Source: an uncultured Clostridia bacterium
Lineage (GTDB): Bacteria; Bacillota; Clostridia; TANB77; CAG-465
Reading direction: 5' to 3'
Length of the DNA: 64,000 bases
Assembly: GCA_944388565.1 (NCBI GenBank)
Contig: CALXJG010000004.1
Span: 501-64,500, forward strand
Made by a program: the position numbers and the translations under genes. Below the pieces are notes generated by a model. That model saw only the letters and a list, made by a program, of their open reading frames with translations, did not search any database and was not told the origin of the DNA. Positions 56,721 to 64,000 of the stretch are shown here, piece after piece; within the stretch, counting starts at the first letter, position 1; every line of letters begins with the position of its first letter.

Positions 56721-56840
56721 ATGAAGAATGCAAAAAAAGGCGCTGCTAATGTTGCAAAATATGTAGTAGTTGGAATATTATTATTCTCAATGGTATTTTC
56801 AATGTTTGCTGTATTAATATCTGCAATCCAAAGTGTATAA
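56721..56840 (+). CDS. 39-aa single-TM peptide (below the ORF-track cut-off)
   Basis: Hand translation: MKNAKKGAANVAKYVVVGILLFSMVFSMFAVLISAIQSV*. AGGGGGA RBS 6 nt upstream. Sits between glyQS and cdaA. Confidence 0.45.
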   Translation: MKNAKKGAANVAKYVVVGILLFSMVFSMFAVLISAIQSV

Positions 56841-56872
56841 ATAATAAAGTGTACAAAGGAAGAGGTGATATA

Positions 56873-57748
56873 ATGCAAGAAATTATAAATGGATTTGTAT
56901 CTATGATTTATGATTTTGTAGAAGCATTAGATTTAACAAGCCCTATGAGAGTACTTATATTGCTAGCTGATGTTGCTATAGTTACTTTACTTATAATTTA
57001 TTTTTATAAATTTATAAAGCAAACTAGAGCACAACATATTTTTAAGGGTATGTTGCTTTTAATAGGACTATTAATAATAGCAAAAATATTTAACATGGTA
57101 ATACTTAATTTTATACTTACTAATTTCTTAACATATGGTATGTTACTTTTAATAGTTGTATTTCAACCAGAACTTAGAAATGTATTTGAAAAAATTGGTA
57201 GAAGTAAAATTGTCGATGTATTTGATATGGACGATAATATACTAGTTAAACATTCTATAAGCGAAATAGTTAAAGCAGTTGAAATAATGTCACTTAAACA
57301 AATAGGTGCTTTAATTGTAATAGAAAGAAATACAAAAATTGAAGAAGTATTAAAAGAAGGAATAGGACTTTCTGCTAAAGTTTCATCAGAACTAATTCAA
57401 AACATATTTATGCCAAGGACACCACTTCATGACGGTGCAATAGTTATTGATAAAACGCAAATATTAGCAGCTAAATGTATATTACCTCTTGCTTCTGAGG
57501 TTACAGTGCCAAAAAGTTTAGGAACAAGACATAGAGCCGCTGTTGGTATTACTGAAATATCTGATGCTTTAGTAATTGTTGTTTCTGAGGAAACCGGAAT
57601 TATATCACTTGCAGAAGCAGGAAAACTAACTAGAAATTTAACTGGAGATGAATTAAAAGCATTGTTGCTTAAAAAACTTGATAGAACAAAAAATGCTTCT
57701 ATGATTAAGAATATTGTAAAAAAAGATGAAATAAAAGAAGAAAAGTAA
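56873..57748 (+). CDS. cdaA: diadenylate cyclase CdaA
   Basis: Start at ATG 56873 after GGAAGAGGTGA. Three N-terminal TM segments. DAC domain with TPLHDGAIVI and GTRHRAA. Confidence 0.93.
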   Translation: MQEIINGFVSMIYDFVEALDLTSPMRVLILLADVAIVTLLIIYFYKFIKQTRAQHIFKGMLLLIGLLIIAKIFNMVILNFILTNFLTYGMLLLIVVFQPELRNVFEKIGRSKIVDVFDMDDNILVKHSISEIVKAVEIMSLKQIGALIVIERNTKIEEVLKEGIGLSAKVSSELIQNIFMPRTPLHDGAIVIDKTQILAAKCILPLASEVTVPKSLGTRHRAAVGITEISDALVIVVSEETGIISLAEAGKLTRNLTGDELKALLLKKLDRTKNASMIKNIVKKDEIKEEK

Positions 57749-57804
57749 TATGGTTTTTCTAATATTCATATATATATTTTGTAATTTATTATGAGGTGAT
57801 ATAT

Positions 57805-58731
57805 ATGAATACTCTTTTTATAGATATTTCTAATTTAGATAGTAAAACAAAGGCTCAAAAAAAGTTTAGTTTAAGTAATATAAAATACAAAGCAAAGACT
57901 AATATATTAAAATATGAGCTAGTAGAAGATTTTTTGAAAAATGGCACTATGACAAATAATATTAGCTTAAAGATAAATAAAGATATATTAGAAAATATTG
58001 CAAATAACAAAAAAAATATAAGAAGATTATATTTTGAAAATGATTTAAAAAATAGGATTAAAAATATCGATAAGTTAAATATTGTGTTTAGTAATTACTT
58101 TGAAAACGAAAATGGTAATATATACAAAAACTATATAGTTAATACTTTAAAGAAAAAAAGAGAAGATTTATCATTAAAAGAAATACTAATTGATAATAAA
58201 ATGTCAAATCATTTAACTAAATATATTGATGATTATGTAAAAGAACATTCAATAAATCAAAATAAGTTAAAAATACTTGCTATCTTTAATGATATTAATG
58301 ACTACATAGAAGATAAACTTAAAGAGTATATTTTAAGATATAAATTTATTGATGTACTTAGAATGAATGGAATAAATAAAATTGATTATAAAAAATTATC
58401 AACATCTATAGATGAATTAAATGATGAATTTGGTTCTACAATAGATATAATACAAAGAAGAAATATTCAAGAATATAATATTTATTTAATGTTTAGTAAA
58501 GTAAAAAAAGAAGATTTTTATTCTCACTATATTCTTAGAAAAAAATCAAAATATATAGATTTAAATAATGCAGATGATGATATATATAATGAGAATATTA
58601 AATTATATAAAAGAAATAAATATGAGTTATCAACTTTGTTTAATAGGCTTGAACTATCAGATGATAACTTTAGCAAGAATAAGTTAGGAGCCCTAATTTT
58701 AGAGGATATGAACTTAAAACTTGACAGATAG
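57805..58731 (+). CDS. hypothetical protein (occupies the position usually held by cdaR/ybbR)
   Basis: About 308 aa from ATG 57805 after GAGGTGA. Asn/Lys-rich with no TM and no obvious YbbR repeats. Confidence 0.5.
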   Translation: MNTLFIDISNLDSKTKAQKKFSLSNIKYKAKTNILKYELVEDFLKNGTMTNNISLKINKDILENIANNKKNIRRLYFENDLKNRIKNIDKLNIVFSNYFENENGNIYKNYIVNTLKKKREDLSLKEILIDNKMSNHLTKYIDDYVKEHSINQNKLKILAIFNDINDYIEDKLKEYILRYKFIDVLRMNGINKIDYKKLSTSIDELNDEFGSTIDIIQRRNIQEYNIYLMFSKVKKEDFYSHYILRKKSKYIDLNNADDDIYNENIKLYKRNKYELSTLFNRLELSDDNFSKNKLGALILEDMNLKLDR

Positions 58732-58791
58732 TGTATAATAATAATGTTGTTTATTGTATTATATACATTAAATATTGGGAGGTAAAAAACA

Positions 58792-59271
58792 ATGAGTGAT
58801 AGAGAGATTATCCTTACACAAGAAGGATATAATAAATTAGCAGAAGAATTAAGGGTTTTAAAAGGACCTAGAAAAATGGAAGTAGCAGAAAGAATTAAAG
58901 TAGCTAGAGAATTTGGAGATTTATCTGAAAATTCTGAATATGATGATGCAAAGAATGAACAAGCTTTACTTGAAGCAAAAATAATTGAAATAGAGAATAC
59001 ACTAAGACTTGCTAAAGTCGTTGATGATGATGACGTTTCAACAAGAAAAGCTGGTGTAGGTACTTTAGTTACAGTACATGATTACGAATTTGATGAAGAC
59101 ATATCATATGGTATTGTAGGAGCAACTGAAGTTAATATGGCAGAAAATAAAATATCAAATGAGTCACCTGTAGGAAAAGCTCTTATTGGTAAGAAAAAAG
59201 GAGAAGAAGTTGAGGTTGAAACTCCAGGTGGAGTAATGAAATATAAAATTTTAAGCATACAAAGATTGTAA
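58792..59271 (+). CDS. greA: transcription elongation factor GreA
   Basis: 159 aa. LTQEGYNKL...AREFGDLSENSEYDDAK. Confidence 0.95.
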   Translation: MSDREIILTQEGYNKLAEELRVLKGPRKMEVAERIKVAREFGDLSENSEYDDAKNEQALLEAKIIEIENTLRLAKVVDDDDVSTRKAGVGTLVTVHDYEFDEDISYGIVGATEVNMAENKISNESPVGKALIGKKKGEEVEVETPGGVMKYKILSIQRL

Positions 59272-59287
59272 TATTTTTGGAGGAATT

Positions 59288-60796
59288 ATGGATTTAAAAA
59301 ATGATTTAATTAAGATACGTCTTGAAAAGGAAGAAAAATTAAAAGAATTAGGAATTAATACAAGACCAGATAAATATACTACAACTCATTCTATTAAAGA
59401 AGCAATGACTTTACCTGAAGGAACAGAAAATGTTTCTATAGCTGGAAGAGTTATGTCTAAAAGAAAAATGGGAAAAATTTCTTTCCTAGATTTAAGAGAT
59501 GTAGAAGGTCGTATACAACTTTGTTTAAAAAAGGATGAAGTTGGAGAAGAATTGTACAAGCTTATACATGAAACTTTAGATGTAGGAGATTTTATTGGTG
59601 TAAAAGGTGAAATATTTAAAACTCAAACAGGAGAACAAACTCTAAGAATAAAAGAATATACTTTCTTAGGAAAGGCGTACAGACCATTACCAGAAAAATT
59701 CCATGGAGTTACAAATCAAGAAATTTTATATAGAGAAAGACATCTAGATTTAATAATGAATGATGAGACTAAAAAGAGATTCTTACTTAGATCTAATTTT
59801 ATTAAATATATGAGAGAATTCTTAGATAGCAAAGGATTTATTGAGGTAGAAACTCCAATACTACAAAATACAGCTTCTGGAGCTACTGCTAGACCTTTTA
59901 TTACTCATCATAATACGTATGACACAGATGTATTTTTAAGAATATCACCTGAATTAACTTTGAAAAAATTAATAATTGGTGGATTTAATAATATATTTGA
60001 AATTGCAAGAGATTTTAGAAATGAAGGAATAAGTGTAAATCATTTACAAGACTTTACAATGATAGAAGGCTATAGTGCATATTATAACTATGAAGATAAT
60101 ATGAAACTTATGAGAGAAATGATTATATACATAATTGGTAAGTTATTTAATGGAAATCTAGATGTAGTAATAGGAGATAAAACTATTAATTTTGGCGGTG
60201 AGTGGGGACAGGTTTCTTTTAGAGACCTACTTATAAAAGATTGTGGTATCGATATAGATAAGTTTGAAACTGCCAAAGAGTTACTTGATGAGATAAGAAG
60301 ATGTAATATAGAATTAGAAGATGAGAATATTGAATCTTTAGGAAGAGGTAATTTAATTGACTTACTTTATAAAAAAGTAAGTAGACCTAAAATAATAAAT
60401 CCAACATTCTTAATTAAACATCCTATTGATTTATCACCACTTGCACGTGCAAATGACGAAAATAATTCAATTACTGATAGATTTCAACTTATAGTAAATG
60501 GTCAAGAAATAATAAATGGATATTCTGAGCTTGTTGATGCAAGAGAGCAAGAGAAAAGATTTATAGAGCAAGCAAAATTAAAAGAAAACGGTGACGAAGA
60601 AGCTATGAGTATTGATCATGAGTATATTAAAGCTATGGAATTTGGTATGCCTCCAATATCTGGTTGGGGACTTGGTATAGACAGATTTTTACAATTCTTA
60701 ACTAATAGTTATAATATACGTGATGTAGTATTATATCCATTATTAAAACCAAGAACAAATGTAGAAATTGATGACGACGAAAATGAAGAAGAATAA
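59288..60796 (+). CDS. lysS: lysine--tRNA ligase (class II)
   Basis: 502 aa. OB-fold N-terminus and class II motifs (FRNEGIS; GWGLGIDR). Confidence 0.96.
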   Translation: MDLKNDLIKIRLEKEEKLKELGINTRPDKYTTTHSIKEAMTLPEGTENVSIAGRVMSKRKMGKISFLDLRDVEGRIQLCLKKDEVGEELYKLIHETLDVGDFIGVKGEIFKTQTGEQTLRIKEYTFLGKAYRPLPEKFHGVTNQEILYRERHLDLIMNDETKKRFLLRSNFIKYMREFLDSKGFIEVETPILQNTASGATARPFITHHNTYDTDVFLRISPELTLKKLIIGGFNNIFEIARDFRNEGISVNHLQDFTMIEGYSAYYNYEDNMKLMREMIIYIIGKLFNGNLDVVIGDKTINFGGEWGQVSFRDLLIKDCGIDIDKFETAKELLDEIRRCNIELEDENIESLGRGNLIDLLYKKVSRPKIINPTFLIKHPIDLSPLARANDENNSITDRFQLIVNGQEIINGYSELVDAREQEKRFIEQAKLKENGDEEAMSIDHEYIKAMEFGMPPISGWGLGIDRFLQFLTNSYNIRDVVLYPLLKPRTNVEIDDDENEEE

Positions 60797-60799
60797 ATA

Positions 60800-60829
60800 A
60801 AAAAGTATAGCTTAGGCTATACTTTTTTT
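60800..60829. terminator. bidirectional terminator between lysS and the convergent lipid kinase gene
   Basis: AAGTATAGC-TTAG-GCTATACTT flanked by A5 and T7. Confidence 0.8.
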
Positions 60830-60830
60830 G

Positions 60831-61715
60831 TTATATATGCACGATATTTATTGCATTTTTAACTATCTGTGCAGATACTTTTTTATCATAGAAAACTTCT
60901 CCATCAATACTTATAGGGAATGGTCTTGTTGACACAAGTTGAACTTTAGTTCCTTTTAATATATGTGCTTTAGTAAGTTCAGTATGTTTTCCCTTTTTGT
61001 ATTTAGGTAACAATACTACTTTTTCTCTTACACGTGTCGAGTCAACAGCACATATATCTAGCATATTATCAGTAGGATTTGCATCAGGACATGGACATAT
61101 ACCACCACCATAGTATTTACCATTTGCAATTGCAACTAAAGTAAAGTTTTGTTTTAATATATTATCGTTATCAATTCTTAATTTAAATTTGTAATTTCTA
61201 TTTCTAAGTAATGTATAAAGAATGGATAAATTATATTTTGCCTTACCAGATATAAATGGAATAGATCTAAATAAATCTACGTTTTTGGCAACCATTGCAT
61301 CAAACCCACAATTTAATATATTAATACAGTATCTATTTTTGTTTAATTTTAAAATATCAGTAGGAGTTGAGTCTTTATTTATAGAATTAATAATTATCTT
61401 TCTCATACTCATATATTTTGATATACTTTTTACAAAATCATTTCCAGTTCCACATGGAACTACAACTATGTCTGAAGAACTACCAATCATACCTGATATT
61501 ATTTCATTTAAAGTTCCATCTCCACCAACGCTATAAAATCTACATTTATGTTTGCGTGATAATTGTAAAGCAAGTTCTGTTAAATGACCTGGATGTTCTG
61601 AAACAACTATTGTAGAATCTATGTTATATTTATTGAGTAATTTCTTTATAGTAATGCCACGTTTTAATCCTTTTTTATTTCCAGCTGCTGGATTAACCAT
61701 AATATAATGTTTCAT
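60831..61715 (-). CDS. diacylglycerol kinase-family lipid kinase (YegS/BmrU-like)
   Basis: 294 aa. VGGDGTLNEI and PCGTGNDF. Confidence 0.9.
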   Translation of the reverse strand: MKHYIMVNPAAGNKKGLKRGITIKKLLNKYNIDSTIVVSEHPGHLTELALQLSRKHKCRFYSVGGDGTLNEIISGMIGSSSDIVVVPCGTGNDFVKSISKYMSMRKIIINSINKDSTPTDILKLNKNRYCINILNCGFDAMVAKNVDLFRSIPFISGKAKYNLSILYTLLRNRNYKFKLRIDNDNILKQNFTLVAIANGKYYGGGICPCPDANPTDNMLDICAVDSTRVREKVVLLPKYKKGKHTELTKAHILKGTKVQLVSTRPFPISIDGEVFYDKKVSAQIVKNAINIVHI

Positions 61716-61826
61716 ATACTCACCTTATATATATTTTACCATTAATCCTTATGTTATTCAAGTAAAATGACCATAGTTCTAAACTAATAGCAAGATAAAT
61801 ATAATAAGGTAGGAAGGTGAATAGAT

Positions 61827-62432
61827 ATGAGAAAAATTAGATTTAATAACAGAAAGAATATGATGTATAATATGAATAAAAAATACATGAATAAAAAACC
61901 AAATAATATTTTAAATGATAAAATTAAAATGAAAACATTATATGAAGGAGATAATGGTAGAGAAGTAGAGAAATTGCAAGAGCTTTTACTTGATGTTGTA
62001 ACATTGTATCCAAGTTTACCTATCGTTACTATTGATGGTATATTTAATAGTGCAACTAAAAATGCAGTAAAAGAATTCCAAGAATTAAATGGATTAACCC
62101 CAAGTGGAATTGTAGATGATATGACATGGAATAAATTACAATATTTAAGTAACAAAAATCCAAATAGAGTAGATGCATTAGTAAATGGTGTAGATTTTTT
62201 AGATCAGTCTGAAAATATTATTTCAGAAGGTAGTACAGGAGATTTTGTAAAAGAGTTACAAGAGTATTTAAATATAGCAGCTGATAAATATCCAAGTATC
62301 GGTAAATTAAAGGTTGATGGAATATTTGGCCCTAAAACAAAAGCTGCTGTAATAGAATTTCAAAAATTAAATGATTTAACACCTGATGGAATAGTAGGTA
62401 CTAATACCTGGGAAGCGTTATCTAAGTTATAA
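61827..62432 (+). CDS. protein with two peptidoglycan-binding (PG_binding_1) repeats
   Basis: 201 aa. Two copies of G..G..V..LQ..L......IDGIFG..T..AV..FQ....L..DGIVG..TW..L. Confidence 0.8.
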   Translation: MRKIRFNNRKNMMYNMNKKYMNKKPNNILNDKIKMKTLYEGDNGREVEKLQELLLDVVTLYPSLPIVTIDGIFNSATKNAVKEFQELNGLTPSGIVDDMTWNKLQYLSNKNPNRVDALVNGVDFLDQSENIISEGSTGDFVKELQEYLNIAADKYPSIGKLKVDGIFGPKTKAAVIEFQKLNDLTPDGIVGTNTWEALSKL

Positions 62433-62439
62433 TTAATGT

Positions 62440-62468
62440 TTGACAATAGTATACTCAAATGGTATAAT
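62440..62468 (+). promoter_or_regulatory. consensus sigma-A promoter with extended -10 for trmL
   Basis: TTGACA (62440-62445), 17 nt, then TATAAT (62463-62468) preceded by TGG. Confidence 0.7.
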
Positions 62469-62493
62469 CTTACTTGAAAAAAGGAGAGATTAT

Positions 62494-63003
62494 ATGTCAA
62501 TTAATGTAGTATTAGTAGAACCAGAAATACCAGAAAATGCAGGTAATATTGCAAGGACTTGCGCTGCTATTGGAGCAACACTTCATTTAGTAAAACCATA
62601 TGGATTTGATATTTCAGAAAAAGCAGTAAAAAAGAATATGAAAAGAGCAGGACTAGACTATTGGGATAAAGTAAAGATTATTGAATATGAAAATTTAGAA
62701 GATTTTAAAAGTAAAGTTAAGTCAAATAATATATATCTACTTTCAACTAAATCTCAAAGAGTATATACTGATGTAAAATATGAAGATAATTGCTATATAG
62801 TATTTGGTGCTGAAACAAGAGGATTACCTGAAAATTACATACTTGAAAATATGGAACATGCTGTAAGGATTCCAATGAGAGAGGGAATTAGATCACTTAA
62901 TTTATCAAATAGTGTTGCTATTGTTGCATATGAGGCAGAAAGACAATTAAGTTTTGTTAATCTTCAAGAGACAAGTAATTACTTTAATGAGAAAGATATT
63001 TAA
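62494..63003 (+). CDS. trmL: tRNA (cytidine34/uridine34-2'-O)-methyltransferase, SpoU/TrmL type
   Basis: Start at ATG 62494 after AAGGAGAG (the ORF track start 62440 lies in the promoter). VLVEPEIPENAGNIARTC and LNLSNSVAIVAYEAERQ. Confidence 0.9.
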   Translation: MSINVVLVEPEIPENAGNIARTCAAIGATLHLVKPYGFDISEKAVKKNMKRAGLDYWDKVKIIEYENLEDFKSKVKSNNIYLLSTKSQRVYTDVKYEDNCYIVFGAETRGLPENYILENMEHAVRIPMREGIRSLNLSNSVAIVAYEAERQLSFVNLQETSNYFNEKDI

Positions 63004-63010
63004 TAATTAA

Positions 63011-63046
63011 AAAAGAAGCAAACCTAATTTAGTTTGCTTCTTTTTC
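63011..63046. terminator. bidirectional terminator between trmL and convergent folC
   Basis: GAAGCAAAC / GTTTGCTTC stem flanked by A and T runs. Confidence 0.8.
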
Positions 63047-63069
63047 TTAAATTAATATTGATGTTTGAT

Positions 63070-64000
63070 TTATAGTTTACTTCTAATTAATAAACTTATT
63101 TCTTTAAATATAGTACTATATGTATAAAAACTACCAACAAATAAATTCACAGAGTTAGTAGAAGAGGTCATAACGTATTTTATTGCATTAGTAAGTGACA
63201 ATTTTAATATTGATTTTGGATTTATATACTTTTTAGCTGAATAAAATAATTCTTCTTTTGAAGCATATCTTTTTAAGTCATTTCCAGATGTTAATATAAA
63301 TAAGGCAGTTTTATCTTGTGATAATAATTTTAACATATTGTCATAATCTTTTCTTTTTAAAATAGATATAATATATACTCTTTTAAGATCAGAGTAATAC
63401 ATATTTATCATATTTAGTAGATTTAAGATAGCAGGTTCGTTATGAGCTCCATCATATACTACTAAAGGATTATTACTTAAAACTTCCATTCTACCTCTAT
63501 GAACTACAGTACTTAGACCTTTTTTCACACTTTCATCAGATATAAAGTATCCAAGAGTTTTTAATATATTTATTGTTTCTAAACATAAACTTGCGTTTTG
63601 AATTTGCATTTTCCCTTTCAAATTTATTCTTAAATCAGGTATATTTTTATAATTAAAATATTGATAATTTAAATCATAACTATAATTTGAAATATCATTC
63701 TTGCTTACAATATGCAGTGCATTGTTTTTCTTTTCACATTGCTTTATAAAGACATTTATTATTTCTTTATCTTGTTCAAATATTACAGTATTAGAATTCG
63801 ATTTAATTATTCCAGCTTTTTGATAAGCTATTTCTGGTAGAGAATTACCTAATATTTGCATATGGTCATAACCAATAGAGGTAATGATAGATACTAAAGG
63901 ACTACTGATTATATTCGTACAATCATATAATCCACCAAGTCCTGTTTCTAAAATTACAAAATCCACATTGTTTCTATAAAAATATAGTAAGGCAATAGTT
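63070..64000 (-). CDS. folC: folylpolyglutamate synthase/dihydrofolate synthase, N-terminus cut by the window end
   Basis: Mur-ligase pattern ...VILETGLGGLYDCTNI..., DGAHNEPA. The reading frame stays open upstream of the GTG at 63966, through to position 64000. Confidence 0.9.
   Translation of the reverse strand, partial: TIALLYFYRNNVDFVILETGLGGLYDCTNIISSPLVSIITSIGYDHMQILGNSLPEIAYQKAGIIKSNSNTVIFEQDKEIINVFIKQCEKKNNALHIVSKNDISNYSYDLNYQYFNYKNIPDLRINLKGKMQIQNASLCLETINILKTLGYFISDESVKKGLSTVVHRGRMEVLSNNPLVVYDGAHNEPAILNLLNMINMYYSDLKRVYIISILKRKDYDNMLKLLSQDKTALFILTSGNDLKRYASKEELFYSAKKYINPKSILKLSLTNAIKYVMTSSTNSVNLFVGSFYTYSTIFKEISLLIRSKL

Noticed and set aside
61222-62155. ORFs 61222-61536 (+), 61418-61615 (+) and 61784-62155 (-).
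   Set aside because: They are antisense to, or overlap, the lipid kinase gene and the PG-binding protein gene, both of which carry clear family motifs.

Overview
AT-rich (about 27-28% GC, estimated by eye) chromosomal segment from a spore-forming Firmicute of class Clostridia. The species cannot be determined without a database search. About 60 genes, nearly all on the + strand. Most are core housekeeping: argS, rpmF, prfB, tgt, cls, dpaA, folD, hrcA-grpE-dnaK-dnaJ (with a CIRCE operator), rsmE, radC-mreB-mreC-mreD-PBP2, a PGM/PMM, pnp, glyQS, cdaA, greA, lysS, trmL and folC (cut by the window end). Accessory content: (1) A translationally coupled ABC-type ATPase + RloB/TOPRIM-like gene pair at 11.7-13.7 kb. 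It looks AbiL/OLD-like, has its own consensus promoter bracketed by two copies of ATGCA-N7-TGCAT, and is my best candidate for a defence-type system. A membrane-anchored unknown and a patatin phospholipase follow it. (2) Three tandem paralogous small zinc-ribbon genes on the minus strand between dnaJ and rsmE. (3) An orphan PBECR-like nuclease-fold gene, followed by a GC-rich structured element and a terminator. (4) A ~16 kb ABC-transporter-dependent glycopolymer locus at 35.0-51.2 kb, with a Gtr-like decoration module and a tandem pair of divergent GT-B domains. (5) A decayed DUF1016 nuclease gene. Smaller oddities: prfB without the programmed frameshift, dpaA without dpaB, a P-loop/Asp23 fusion, a long pnp leader hairpin, and an unlisted 39-aa membrane peptide upstream of cdaA. 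I saw no rRNA, tRNA, CRISPR array, transposase or integrase. All family assignments come from motif recognition by eye; no searches were run.
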